Positions 6,597-15,351 of a DNA stretch of 24,000 bases are shown in pieces. Numbering within the stretch: position 1 is the first letter of the stretch; each line of letters starts with the position of its first letter. Origin of the DNA: Shouchella oshimensis (GTDB lineage Bacteria; Bacillota; Bacilli; Bacillales; Bacillaceae_D); contig NZ_KV917380.1 of NCBI RefSeq assembly GCF_002019765.1, forward strand, positions 2,866,792-2,890,791, given 5' to 3'. Under the pieces are notes generated by a model that worked only from the letters and a program-made list of their open reading frames with translations, was not told the origin of the DNA and made no database searches. The position numbers and the translations under genes were made by a program.

Positions 6597-7969
6597 AGCT
6601 CGGTTACACTTTCAACTTGTGCGGTCCATGGGAACATGTCGACAGGTTGAATGTTTTTGATTTTATAGCCTTTTTTCATCAGTTGTTCAATGTCTTTTGC
6701 AAGAGTGGATGGGTTGCACGAGACGTAAACCACTCGTTTGGGTCTTGCTTTTACAATGGATTGAAGAAGCTTCCCATCACATCCGCTTCGAGGGGGATCA
6801 ACAATCACAACATCGGGTTTATAGCCTTCTTTTAGCCAGAGTGGCATCCATTTTTCGGCTGTTCCTACTTCATAAGTCGCATGGATTCCGTGTTGCTTAG
6901 CATTCTTTCGTGCGTCAGCAATTGCTTCTTTCGTCGTGTCCATTCCTCGTAACTCTTTTGCATTCTTACCTACCCACTGTCCAATGGTGCCAACACCACA
7001 GTATGCATCAATTAGATTTTCTTTTCCTGTGAGTTTCGCTGCTTTTTTTGCTTCATTATAGAGCTTCACCGTTTGGGTAGGATTAAGCTGAAAAAATGCT
7101 CGTGCAGATAAATCAAAAGCAAACTCACCTAATCGTTCGTTAATCGTTTCTTCTCCATCTAAATGAAGAGTGTCTTCACCAAAGATAAGTGAAGTTCGCT
7201 CGTGATTTATGTTCTGCATAAAAGATGTGACTTGAGGTAGCTTCATTCGAACTTGCTCAATGAGTAATTCTTTTTTTGACAGCTCTTTTGTTCGTGTTAC
7301 AAGTACTAGTTGCACTTGCCCTGTTTCGAATCCAACTCGCGTAACGATGGTTCGTACTTGTCCATTATGTTTTTTCTCATTATAAATCGGAATTGATAAG
7401 TCTTGTAAAATAGATTTTACTACTTGTGTTACGGCATTAAGCTCTTTATGCTGAACAAGACATTCCGATAAGTCAATGAGTTCGTGTGTCCCTTCTTTAT
7501 ACAAACCTGCCGCAACTTTTCCATTGGTCTTTCTCGTTTGTAATTGGCTTTTGTTACGGTAAAACCATGGATTGTCCATTCCAATCGTATCGTTTAACGG
7601 GAGTTTTTCTTCGCTTAACTTCGTATAGCGATAGAATGCTTGTGCCACAATGTCTTTTTTTCCACGCAACGTTGCGGTGTAATCCATATGCTGAAGCTGA
7701 CATCCACCGCATTCATTATAAATTGGACACGGAGGATCTTGACGTTCTTGTGAAACCTTTCGTAACTTCCGAACCTTTGCTTCAGTAAACCGTTGGCTTG
7801 CTTTCGTTACTTCAACAACGACTTCTTCTCCTGGTAATGCGCCTTTAACGAATACGACTTTCTTCTTAAAATATCCTACACCTTCACCATTAATACCTAA
7901 ACGTTTAATTGTCAGTGGGAATCGTTGACCTTTTGTTAGTTGAATACTGCTTTGTACCTTGTCATTCAT
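6587..7969 (-). CDS. rlmD: 23S rRNA (uracil-C5)-methyltransferase, RlmD/RlmCD (TrmA) family, with TRAM domain and 4Fe-4S cluster
   Basis: N-terminal TRAM-like segment ([26 protein letters not shown]). Cluster cysteines [17 protein letters not shown]-binding [11 protein letters not shown]-terminal [14 protein letters not shown]. Confidence 0.9.
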   Translation of the reverse strand: MNDKVQSSIQLTKGQRFPLTIKRLGINGEGVGYFKKKVVFVKGALPGEEVVVEVTKASQRFTEAKVRKLRKVSQERQDPPCPIYNECGGCQLQHMDYTATLRGKKDIVAQAFYRYTKLSEEKLPLNDTIGMDNPWFYRNKSQLQTRKTNGKVAAGLYKEGTHELIDLSECLVQHKELNAVTQVVKSILQDLSIPIYNEKKHNGQVRTIVTRVGFETGQVQLVLVTRTKELSKKELLIEQVRMKLPQVTSFMQNINHERTSLIFGEDTLHLDGEETINERLGEFAFDLSARAFFQLNPTQTVKLYNEAKKAAKLTGKENLIDAYCGVGTIGQWVGKNAKELRGMDTTKEAIADARKNAKQHGIHATYEVGTAEKWMPLWLKEGYKPDVVIVDPPRSGCDGKLLQSIVKARPKRVVYVSCNPSTLAKDIEQLMKKGYKIKNIQPVDMFPWTAQVESVTELTL

Positions 7970-8085
7970 AAAAATAAAATTTTTTCCTCCTAATTAAAAC
8001 CCTAATGTATTGCGCTTTTCTTTTACATAGTATAACAAATTTTTCTACCCTTCCTAAACTTTCTAATTCATCTTATGAAAACTTC

Positions 8086-8094
8086 TGATAAAAT
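8086..8094 (+). promoter_or_regulatory. Extended -10 element (TGaTAAAAT) upstream of the GAF-like gene
   Basis: TGATAAAAT lies about 35 nt upstream of the SD. The -35 is weak. Confidence 0.35.
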
Positions 8095-8127
8095 GGAGAA
8101 GTAATTGTGTTCGGAGGTGGTGATAAG

Positions 8128-8490
8128 TTGTCTATTCCTACGGATATAGCTTCTCTAAAAATTATGGCTCACGTTTACAAAAAACAAGACACAAATTATG
8201 TATTTGAAAAAACAGTTGAAAGCTTAGTTGAGACAGTACCTTATATTGACTGGGTTGGCATCTATATGTATGACGATTTAAACCATACACTTGTGGCCGC
8301 TTCTTGTTTCAGTAATGATTTACGTTGGGAATGTAATGGTGAATTAAAATTTCCAGTAAAGAATGCTGCTAGCACCGAAATTGGTATGATGATTGTACGG
8401 ACAAAAGAATCGATTGCATTTGACGTAACCGATTTGTCAACGTTGGAAACCATCGCAAGCGCCATTGCTTACGATAGTCAAATGAATTAA
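8128..8490 (+). CDS. Small cytoplasmic protein, possibly GAF-like fold (tentative)
   Basis: Start re-set to TTG 8128, 10 nt after GGAGG; the ORF-track GTG at 8107 overlaps the SD. The length and alternating beta/alpha pattern suggest a small ligand-binding fold. The family was not confidently recognised. Confidence 0.55.
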   Translation: MSIPTDIASLKIMAHVYKKQDTNYVFEKTVESLVETVPYIDWVGIYMYDDLNHTLVAASCFSNDLRWECNGELKFPVKNAASTEIGMMIVRTKESIAFDVTDLSTLETIASAIAYDSQMN

Positions 8491-8520
8491 AAAGGAGCTG
8501 CATTTGCGGCTCCTTTTTTT
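8491..8520. terminator. Bidirectional terminator between the GAF-like gene and pdaA
   Basis: AAAGGAGCTG-catttg-CGGCTCCTTT, flanked by an A-run on the 5' side and T7 on the 3' side. Confidence 0.8.
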
Positions 8521-9301
8521 ATGGTAATGGTTGGTTTAATGCTAAGTCATCTAGGCTTTTAAATGTATAACCTTGTTCTTCACAAGCATCAATAATATCA
8601 CCTAAGGCAGCTGCATTATCTGGTGAAACGGAATGAATTAGCATGACAGCTCCTGGATGAATTCGTTTCATCACTTGTTCAAATGCATACTCTTTGCCTC
8701 TTTGTTTATCGACTTCCCAGTCCTTATAAGCGAGCGACCAGAACACATTGGTATAGCCTAATTCTTTTGACAACATGAGTGTGCGTTCACTAAACTCCCC
8801 TCTAGGCGCTCTCAAATACTGCATGTGCGCTTCTCCAGTTATGGTTGTGAACATTTCTTTAACAGCATCCAACTCATCTTTAAGTTTGCTATCGTTTACC
8901 GTTGGCAAGCTCGGATGGTGGAAGGAGTGGTTTCCAACAATATGACCTTCGTCCACCATACGTTTCACTAAAGGTTCCGCTGTTTTTAAATAGTGCCCTG
9001 TTACAAAAAAAGCACCGGGAACTTTTTTTTCTTTTAACACATCTAAAACTGTTTCTGTATAGCCATTCTCATAGCCGTTATCAAACGTTAAATAAAGTGT
9101 TTTTTCCTCTGTATTTCCAATATAATAACTGTCTGACTGCTTTAATAATGCTTTATACGTTTCCTCGGTGTCTGCTGGTGTATGAGTAGGCGCAGGCTTA
9201 TAGCTCCAGTTATACTTGGTATTATCAAAAGCGTGAGCTGGCTTTACTGCTACTGCGATAAGTGCAAAGAATATAAGAATAAAAACCATCCATCTTTTCA
9301 T
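8519..9301 (-). CDS. pdaA: Delta-lactam-biosynthetic polysaccharide de-N-acetylase PdaA (NodB homology domain)
   Basis: Signal peptide, then YLTFDNGYENGYT, FFVTGHY, GHIVGNHSFHHP, LRAPRG, FWSLAYKDW and GAVMLIHSVS. These are nearly collinear with B. subtilis PdaA as I recall it. Confidence 0.9.
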   Translation of the reverse strand: MKRWMVFILIFFALIAVAVKPAHAFDNTKYNWSYKPAPTHTPADTEETYKALLKQSDSYYIGNTEEKTLYLTFDNGYENGYTETVLDVLKEKKVPGAFFVTGHYLKTAEPLVKRMVDEGHIVGNHSFHHPSLPTVNDSKLKDELDAVKEMFTTITGEAHMQYLRAPRGEFSERTLMLSKELGYTNVFWSLAYKDWEVDKQRGKEYAFEQVMKRIHPGAVMLIHSVSPDNAAALGDIIDACEEQGYTFKSLDDLALNQPLP

Positions 9302-9333
9302 TTCGTTCCTCCCGTTAAACTGTACTTTGATGT

Positions 9334-9363
9334 TAGTATGAGGTTCACCGGAAAAAACTATTC
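9334..9363 (-). promoter_or_regulatory. Forespore sigma-G/sigma-F-type promoter upstream of pdaA
   Basis: The minus strand reads GAATA-N18-CATACTA, matching the GnATR-N18-CATnnTA consensus, about 30 nt upstream of the GGGAGGAA SD. This is consistent with the known sigma-G dependence of B. subtilis pdaA. Confidence 0.6.
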
Positions 9364-9456
9364 GATTTACACATCTTTCGTTTTTTTTCGACTTGCATGT
9401 TCACATACGCTATGGTTTGATTGGAATTGGTATGAATGAATATTGGAGGCACGTGC

Positions 9457-10281
9457 ATGTTTAAATGGACAAATTTCTTTCGCGGCTTTGCAATGGGGGT
9501 TACTGAAACCGTTCCTGGCGTAAGCGCAAGTACAATCGCAATGTTAATGGGTATTTATGAAAAACTACTTGGCTCATTAAGCGACATTACAAAAGGAAAC
9601 ATAAAGCGAGCGCTAGGCTTTTTAATACCTTTAGGAATTGGAATGGTCTTCGCTTTACTTATTACTGCAAAATTTATTAAATACTTACTTGCAGAACATC
9701 CTATTCCAACAATGTTCTTATTTGTTGGTCTTGTAGTTGGTATCCTTCCTTTTTTATGGCGCTCAGCTCATGCGGAAACGAATAAACGATTTAAGCCTTA
9801 TCATTTTGTATTAATTGGGGTTTCATTCACGCTAATGGCTCTCACTAGCCTTATCGGTGAACCTGTAGAAACGGTCATTACTGACTTTAATGCTGGAACG
9901 TACATTTATTTGTTTTTTTCCGGTGTACTAGCAAGCATGGCCCTTGTTCTTCCTGGTATTAGTGGTGCATTAGTACTAATGGTGCTTGGCGCTTATTATA
10001 CGGCTATTTCCGCTCTTGATTCGTTTCATATCCCTGTGATTGCAGCGATTGGTTTAGGTGTCGCATTTGGTGTTTTATTTACAAGTAGAATTATACGTTA
10101 TTTCTTAAAAACGTACACGCAAGCTACTTATTCTATTATGTTAGGCCTTGTAGCAGGATCTATACTTGTTATTGCACCATCCTCGTTACCGGATACCTTT
10201 TTATATGGCCTTGTTACATTTTTTACGTTCTTAGCCGGATTAGTCACTGCGTTGACTTTCGGACGAGCTGAACGTTCCTAG
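9457..10281 (+). CDS. DUF368 family polytopic membrane protein (family proposed as PopT-type polyprenyl-phosphate transporter)
   Basis: The N-terminal FRGFAMGVTETVPGVSASTIAM matches the DUF368 signature (G.A..VPGVSGGT). Multiple TM segments, with an internal repeat containing PGISGALVLMVLG. Start re-set to ATG 9457, 7 nt after GGAGG. Confidence 0.85.
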   Translation: MFKWTNFFRGFAMGVTETVPGVSASTIAMLMGIYEKLLGSLSDITKGNIKRALGFLIPLGIGMVFALLITAKFIKYLLAEHPIPTMFLFVGLVVGILPFLWRSAHAETNKRFKPYHFVLIGVSFTLMALTSLIGEPVETVITDFNAGTYIYLFFSGVLASMALVLPGISGALVLMVLGAYYTAISALDSFHIPVIAAIGLGVAFGVLFTSRIIRYFLKTYTQATYSIMLGLVAGSILVIAPSSLPDTFLYGLVTFFTFLAGLVTALTFGRAERS

Positions 10282-10312
10282 TGCTAAACAACTAAACGTT
10301 TAGCACTTTTTT
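10281..10312 (+). terminator. Rho-independent terminator of the DUF368 gene
   Basis: GTGCTAAAC-n8-GTTTAGCAC followed by T6. Confidence 0.85.
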
Positions 10313-10341
10313 GAATTGTTAATTTTTTTTAAATAAAGTGT

Positions 10342-10370
10342 TTGACGTTCTTCTAAACTTCCCATAAAAT
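10342..10370 (+). promoter_or_regulatory. Sigma-A-type promoter driving the CNNM leader
   Basis: TTGACG, then a 17-nt spacer, then TAAAAT. Confidence 0.6.
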
Positions 10371-10666
10371 ATAAGTACTTAATAATGAGAGCGGGGTGAT
10401 TCGATGGTGGAGAGTACAAAGTAGATAGAAAAACGATACATGCGTGCAATTATCGTTTGGAACTTCTCGTTTGCTTCCCAATCGAGTCGGGCTTCCGCTA
10501 TTCTTGCGAAACCATCTACTTCACATAAAACACATTGTCATTGTACGCACTACGTTTACACATTTGGTAAAGAATATGCGTTAGCCTGTTGTTCCAAACT
10601 AGGAAGCTTAACAAGCCTATTTTTTGAACATTACAGGAGGTGACTCCCTCTTTACGAGGGGAATAT
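10371..10666 (+). promoter_or_regulatory. Long structured 5' leader of the CNNM gene, candidate cis-regulatory RNA of unassigned class
   Basis: About 290 nt lie between the promoter and the start. Contains hairpin ACGATA-n12-TATCGT (10434-10456) and ACCATCTACTT (10512-10522), which can pair with either GATGGT (10404) or AAGTAGAT (10420). A terminator-like hairpin plus T6 sits at 10600-10625. The segments GGAG (10636) / CTCCCTC (10644) / GAGGGG (10656, the SD) form mutually exclusive pairings. Confidence 0.5.
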
Positions 10667-12013
10667 TTGGACATACAACAGGGACTTAGCCTTATCGCTG
10701 TGGCGATATTAATTGGATTAACCGCATTTTTTGTGGCATCAGAATTTGCAATCGTAAAAATAAGAAGTACGCAGCTTGAACCGCATTTAGAAGCTGGAAA
10801 GAGATCAGCGAAGTACGCCAAAAGGGTAACGACGCATTTAGATGAATATTTATCCGCTTGCCAACTCGGGATTACGATTACCGCCCTAGGAATTGGACGT
10901 TTAGCTGAACCAACGTTCGAGCAAATGCTCCATCCATTCTTTGAAGGGGTCGTACCGCCTGCAATGGTAACAACACTTGCTGTCGTTGTTTCATTTAGCT
11001 TTGCAACGTTCCTACACGTTGTTATCGGTGAACTTGCACCTAAGACGATTGCAATCCAACGAGCAGAACAAGTCACTCTTTTAATTGCCCGTCCACTCGT
11101 CTGGTTCTATCGCTTACTCTATCCTTTTATCTGGGTTTTAAACGGATCTGCTCGGATCTTAATACGCCTTTTAGGCTTTAAACCAATGTCAGAGCATGAA
11201 GTAACCCATTCCGAAGAAGAGCTGCGCCTAATTATTTCTGATAGTTACAAAGGTGGGGAAATTAATCAGTCTGAGTTTAAGTATGTTAGCAAAATCTTTG
11301 ACTTTGATAACAGGTTGGCCAAAGAAATTATGGTTCCACGAACTGAAATTTCTGCCGTCTCAATAGAAGATAGTTTAGACGACAATTTAGCCATTATGCG
11401 TGAAGAGAAATTTACACGCTATCCAGTAGTAAACGGTGATAAAGACAACATTTTGGGCATTGTTAACGTTCGTGAAGTGCTAACAGATATTGTCTCCCCA
11501 GCCATTACTGAAGAAATAAAATTGGAAAATTATATTCGCCCCGTCATTAACGTAATTGAATCGATTCCAGTCAACGACCTTCTTGTAGAAATGCAAAAGA
11601 AACAGACGCATATGGCGATTCTTTTTGATGAGTACGGTGGCACTGCTGGATTGATAACGGCTGAAGATATTATTGAAGAAATTGTTGGCGAAATTAGAGA
11701 CGAATTCGATGTGGAAGAAGACCCTCTTATTCGTACCATTAATGACGATCATTATCTTTTAGATGGTAAGACACTAATCTCTGATGTTAATAAATTGCTT
11801 CATGTTGAACTAAACGAAGATGAAGTCGATACAATTGGTGGTTGGGTACTTACAGAAAAGTACGATATTGAAGTCGGTGAAACCATGATCTTTAACGACT
11901 ATGCGTTTACAGTAAAAGCCTTTGATGGTCACCAAATTAAATTAGTAGAAGTATTGAAGCGATCCGATGAACAAGACATTGAGGATCACTTTCAAGCTTA
12001 TGGTACTTCTTAA
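10667..12013 (+). CDS. CNNM/CorC-HlyC family transporter (DUF21 TM domain, CBS pair, CorC_HlyC domain), a family implicated in Mg2+ efflux
   Basis: LTAFFVASEFAIVKIR, DEYLSACQLGITITALG, ELAPKTIAIQRAE, a CBS region (KEIMVPRTEI..., RYPVV) and a C-terminal transporter-associated domain. Start re-set to TTG 10667 (MDIQQG...), 5 nt after GAGGGG; the ORF-track GTG at 10640 lies inside an SD-like AGGAGGTG. Confidence 0.9.
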   Translation: MDIQQGLSLIAVAILIGLTAFFVASEFAIVKIRSTQLEPHLEAGKRSAKYAKRVTTHLDEYLSACQLGITITALGIGRLAEPTFEQMLHPFFEGVVPPAMVTTLAVVVSFSFATFLHVVIGELAPKTIAIQRAEQVTLLIARPLVWFYRLLYPFIWVLNGSARILIRLLGFKPMSEHEVTHSEEELRLIISDSYKGGEINQSEFKYVSKIFDFDNRLAKEIMVPRTEISAVSIEDSLDDNLAIMREEKFTRYPVVNGDKDNILGIVNVREVLTDIVSPAITEEIKLENYIRPVINVIESIPVNDLLVEMQKKQTHMAILFDEYGGTAGLITAEDIIEEIVGEIRDEFDVEEDPLIRTINDDHYLLDGKTLISDVNKLLHVELNEDEVDTIGGWVLTEKYDIEVGETMIFNDYAFTVKAFDGHQIKLVEVLKRSDEQDIEDHFQAYGTS

Positions 12014-12023
12014 GAAACGAAGG

Positions 12024-12060
12024 AAAGACGCATACCGCTATTGTATGCGTCTTTTATTTT
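12024..12060. terminator. Bidirectional terminator between the CNNM gene and the histidine phosphatase gene
   Basis: AAAGACGCATAC-n7-GTATGCGTCTTT is a 12-bp stem, followed by TATTTT. Confidence 0.8.
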
Positions 12061-12706
12061 ATAAAATTCCTTTTCGTGCTTGATGGTCAGCTTTAACTGC
12101 TTCTAAATGAGCCGTTCGGTTTGTGTAGTCGATATAAAAACGATTGGATTCAAGATCCCATTCAACAAGGCTGACGCTTGTATTGCCAATCACAAATGGG
12201 CGATTTGCCCCTCCCCACTGTTTACCAACAATTAAATACGTGAGTACCATGCTAATAAAACCACCGTGAGAAACGAGTACAACCGATTCGTCGTTTTTAT
12301 GCTTCTCTTTTAGTAGAGAAAATAATTGTTCACAGCGTTCACTGAGGTCGTCTGTTGTTTCAGCACCCTCTATATCAGCACCAACAAGCGGTTTTCCTTT
12401 TAAATGAGGATATTCTGTATAAATGTCTTCTCGTGTTTTACCTTGTATGGAACCTAGATGTACTTCTCGTAATAGAGTCGTTTCCTTTAACGGTTGAGTA
12501 AGCTTTTGCGTAATCGCTTGTGCAGTATGAAGAGCACGGGTCAAATCACTTGTATAAATTTGATCAACTGGTATTGATCGCGTGAATTCAGCCACTGCCT
12601 CTGCTTGTCTTTCTCCGAGCTTACTTAATGGAAAATTCATCGTTCCTTGAATTTTCCCCTGTTTATTTCCTTCAGACTCTCCATGACGAATAAAATATAG
12701 CTTCAT
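12059..12706 (-). CDS. Histidine phosphatase (phosphoglycerate mutase-like) family protein
   Basis: MKLYFIRHGESEGN carries the RHG catalytic motif, and a VLVSHGG motif follows later. SD AAGGAGG lies 8 nt upstream and overlaps the end of the preceding 63-aa gene. Confidence 0.85.
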   Translation of the reverse strand: MKLYFIRHGESEGNKQGKIQGTMNFPLSKLGERQAEAVAEFTRSIPVDQIYTSDLTRALHTAQAITQKLTQPLKETTLLREVHLGSIQGKTREDIYTEYPHLKGKPLVGADIEGAETTDDLSERCEQLFSLLKEKHKNDESVVLVSHGGFISMVLTYLIVGKQWGGANRPFVIGNTSVSLVEWDLESNRFYIDYTNRTAHLEAVKADHQARKGIL

Positions 12707-12722
12707 AGTTACCGCCTCCTTC

Positions 12723-12914
12723 TTAAGCGTTTGGCCAGTCTCTACGAAATTGTTGACATTTTACCTCGATATCGTCAATCATTTTCAAAATCGAATCGAG
12801 CTCTTCAACGCTAGCAGAATCAGCATCCATTCCTTCAATAACAGATGCTACTAATTCGAAGCGCTTTTGTAAATAATCAAGTTGTTCATTCTTTGTTGAT
12901 ACGGCACGGCCCAT
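12723..12914 (-). CDS. Small acidic 63-aa helical protein, hypothetical
   Basis: SD AAGGAGAG lies 5 nt before the ATG. It is 16 nt from the phosphatase gene, so probably in the same operon. Confidence 0.6.
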   Translation of the reverse strand: MGRAVSTKNEQLDYLQKRFELVASVIEGMDADSASVEELDSILKMIDDIEVKCQQFRRDWPNA

Positions 12915-13033
12915 TTTATCTCTCCTTTTTACTTACATGCAATGGCTTAAGTTTAACAAAGTATGCATATACTCTCAAACAGTCTTTTGTTTCTTGACAA
13001 GATACGATAAGATAGACGTTGGAGTAAAGGAGT

Positions 13034-14158
13034 ATGATTTTAATGATTACAAACTATTCTACAAGCATCACACCAAAAAATGACCCTTGGGAAGCGTACA
13101 TCGATGTAGCTGAAACAGGACAACTTTCATTAACAAATATTGAAATAACCACGACTACTTTATGTAATATGAGATGTGAACATTGTGCTGTTGGCTATAC
13201 ACTATCTCCAAAAGATCCTGAAGCACTTCCATTAGAATTAATTATCCAACGACTCGACGAAATTCCTACGCTTCGCGCCTTTAGCATTACTGGTGGCGAA
13301 CCGATGATGTCTATGAAGTCCGTTCGAGAATACGTTGTTCCGCTTTTAAAATACGCTCATGAACGTGGAGCAAGAACGCAAATTAACTCCAATTTAACCA
13401 TGCCATTAGAGCGTTATGATCTTATTATCCCTTATTTAGATGTTCTACATATTTCACACAACTATGGGAGTGTTAATGACTTTCATCTTATTGGATTTGC
13501 TCATGCTGAGCGGAAGCCCGGAAAAAAGCAACGTGAAGCTATGTTTAACCGAATGATTGATAATGCGAAGTCATTAACGTCTAGAGGGGTATTGGTATCA
13601 GCAGAAACAATGATTAACAAACGAACATTGCCTCATTTGGAATCCATTCATAAACAAATTGTTGAAATGGGTTGTCAGCGCCATGAAGTTCACCCAATGT
13701 ATCCAAGCGACTTTGCATCTGCATTAGAGACTGCTTCCCTAAGTGAGATTCGCAAAGGCATTCATCGCCTTTTAGACCATCGAGATCCGAATGTATGGAT
13801 GTTGTTTGGAACATTGCCATTTTATCCTTGTTCCGATAACCAAGATGATCTTGATTTACAAAGACGATTGTATGGAGAAGAGAACGTGACGGTTCGAAAT
13901 GACCCTGATGGGCGATCTCGACTAAATATTAACTTATTCTCTGGAGATATTATTGTTACTGATTTTGGGGATGCGCCTGATTTGGGTAACATACAGCATA
14001 CCTCATTACCAGACGCTTATAGAATTTGGCAGACCTCTTCGTTAAATGAGGGGATATCTTGTCATTGTCCAGCTGTAAAATGTCTTGGACCAAACTTACT
14101 TGTCCGTGACGCTTATTACAGTGACATTGACTTTACAAAAAAAAGCTCAAATCTATAG
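13034..14158 (+). CDS. yfkAB: Radical SAM / CxCxxxxC motif protein YfkAB
   Basis: CNMRCEHCAV is a CxxxCxxC radical-SAM cluster motif. The C-terminal CHCPAVKC matches CxCxxxxC. The position next to pdaA and a yfkD-like gene matches B. subtilis. The true start may be ATG 13043. Confidence 0.85.
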   Translation: MILMITNYSTSITPKNDPWEAYIDVAETGQLSLTNIEITTTTLCNMRCEHCAVGYTLSPKDPEALPLELIIQRLDEIPTLRAFSITGGEPMMSMKSVREYVVPLLKYAHERGARTQINSNLTMPLERYDLIIPYLDVLHISHNYGSVNDFHLIGFAHAERKPGKKQREAMFNRMIDNAKSLTSRGVLVSAETMINKRTLPHLESIHKQIVEMGCQRHEVHPMYPSDFASALETASLSEIRKGIHRLLDHRDPNVWMLFGTLPFYPCSDNQDDLDLQRRLYGEENVTVRNDPDGRSRLNINLFSGDIIVTDFGDAPDLGNIQHTSLPDAYRIWQTSSLNEGISCHCPAVKCLGPNLLVRDAYYSDIDFTKKSSNL

Positions 14159-14161
14159 CTT

Positions 14162-14197
14162 AAAAAAAGAAGTCCACATTGAGTGAACTTCTTTTTT
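14162..14197. terminator. Bidirectional terminator between yfkAB and the yfkD-like gene
   Basis: AAAGAAGT-n13-ACTTCTTT, flanked by A7 on the 5' side and a T-run on the 3' side. Confidence 0.75.
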
Positions 14198-14200
14198 GTT

Positions 14201-15001
14201 TTATCTAGGTTTTGTTGATGCCATAAAAGTAAAAGATAAATTATCTTGAACTGGAATCCACGCACCAATTCCTTGCTCTGTTACGTTTTTCACATCTAAT
14301 TTTGGCTTACCGCCTCGTAAGGTTAAATAGACTTCTCCGTATGTGACATCTCCTTTTTCATGTACAGCCGGTACATAGCCATACAAGTACCCTACTTGGT
14401 TTGCTGGTACGTTATATTGATTATTCTTTACCGTGCTTTGACCAATAACTGTATCAAACGCTAAAGGAAGGTTTGTTTTCTCCGCTGCAGAAATCATCAT
14501 CATTTTTTCTACCGCTTCAGAATTCGGTATCTTTGCTGTTAAACCACCGGTTATTTTCTTTTGTTGTTCCTGATAATACGACATTGTTTTTGGCGCATTC
14601 CCGCCTCGATTATCAATATAGTTTGTATTCACTTTTTGATATTCCCAATTCACTTCTGTTCCTTTTGATTCATAAGCAAGTGGCCATTCACCTAAATAAA
14701 TCGATGCTTTCATAGCAAATCCTAATTTGGCAAATTGGATGGATGATTCATTCATTATACGAATAAGGTCTGGGTTCTCAATTTCTTCATTTGTTGAATC
14801 CAACAGTTGCTGAGCCAATTCACTTGGTTGTAAATAAGGAAGATCTTGAGTCGGATTTTTATAAGTATTTTCTTTTGATATCGATAAGACAGACTGGGGA
14901 ATCATGAACGTATTTTCTTCTTTTGGTGACTCTTCTGCAGCAAAAGTAAGATTTGATTGAATGAGCAGGAATAGCAAGGATGCGATCATTATCTTTTTCA
15001 T
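14201..15001 (-). CDS. YfkD-like secreted protein
   Basis: Start re-set to ATG 15001 (MKKIMIASLLFLLIQSNLTFA, a signal peptide), 8 nt after GGAGA. The call rests on position next to yfkAB and overall similarity to the YfkD family as recalled. Confidence 0.65.
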   Translation of the reverse strand: MKKIMIASLLFLLIQSNLTFAAEESPKEENTFMIPQSVLSISKENTYKNPTQDLPYLQPSELAQQLLDSTNEEIENPDLIRIMNESSIQFAKLGFAMKASIYLGEWPLAYESKGTEVNWEYQKVNTNYIDNRGGNAPKTMSYYQEQQKKITGGLTAKIPNSEAVEKMMMISAAEKTNLPLAFDTVIGQSTVKNNQYNVPANQVGYLYGYVPAVHEKGDVTYGEVYLTLRGGKPKLDVKNVTEQGIGAWIPVQDNLSFTFMASTKPR

Positions 15002-15084
15002 CAAATTTTCTCCTTTTTTATTGATGTGCTTAGTGTGAAACAATTACCACAGTTTTATCCACATCGAAAAAGAGAATGTTTACC

Positions 15085-15119
15085 AAAAAAAACAACAGCA
15101 GCGCTTGGCTGCTGTTGTT
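15085..15119 (-). terminator. Strong rho-independent terminator, 230 nt downstream of the YtxH-like gene
   Basis: AACAACAGCAGC-gcttg-GCTGCTGTTGTT is a perfect 12-bp stem. On the minus strand it is followed by a T-run. Confidence 0.8.
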
Positions 15120-15351
15120 GCAATAAAATCATCTGCTCTAGGGTAGAGTCGATTTTTGTCTTTTGGAAACACCTTCCTTCATCATGTATGGTCTTACATG
15201 ATAAAAAAGACATTTACATTGCTCAACGCAACCACCTCTTCTAGTTATAGAAAACGTGTGACAATCAACATGTAACTAGCACAACTGATTTTAATGAAGA
15301 ACTGTAGCATAGCTACCGTCCTTACGTATAGAATAACCCGTTGTTTTTATT

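Noticed and set aside
6465-6650. 61-aa ORF spanning the rlmD terminator. Similar intergenic ORFs occur at 9182-9439, 15026-15244, 15605-15826 and 19706-19957.
   Set aside because: They cross terminator hairpins or promoter regions, overlap real genes on the other strand, and have no SD.
10381-10560. Similarity of the CNNM leader to known riboswitches: GAGCGGGG / GGTGAT.C resembles c-di-AMP ydaO, GGAGAGTA and TTGTCAT resemble yybP-ykoY (Mn2+), and a T-box or M-box was also considered
   Set aside because: Only short fragments match and they are in the wrong order or context. Hallmark strings I remember (CAGCTAACCTCGTA for ydaO, the T-box GGGTGGTACCGCG, the M-box GTTAGGTGAGGCTCC) are absent. 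The class is left unassigned pending an Infernal scan.
10440-10643. 67-aa plus-strand ORF inside the CNNM leader
   Set aside because: It has no SD and an implausible composition (HCHCTH, SSRAS), and it runs through predicted RNA hairpins. It is better explained as noncoding leader. A short regulatory uORF cannot be fully excluded.
10516-11076. 186-aa minus-strand ORF, together with the other ORFs nested antisense or out of frame inside longer genes. These are 3519-3716, 3570-3752, 4489-4707, 5718-5927, 6617-6835, 6697-6900, 7486-7788, 8262-8465, 8902-9189, 11480-11752, 11530-11739, 13614-13820, 14473-14715, 17362-17652, 17989-18345, 18459-18665, 18580-18825, 19039-19335, 20788-20988 and 22551-22796.
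   Set aside because: Each lies wholly within a longer ORF that has clear family motifs and an SD. They lack SDs and have odd, low-complexity or Cys/Ser/Thr-rich compositions typical of shadow frames.
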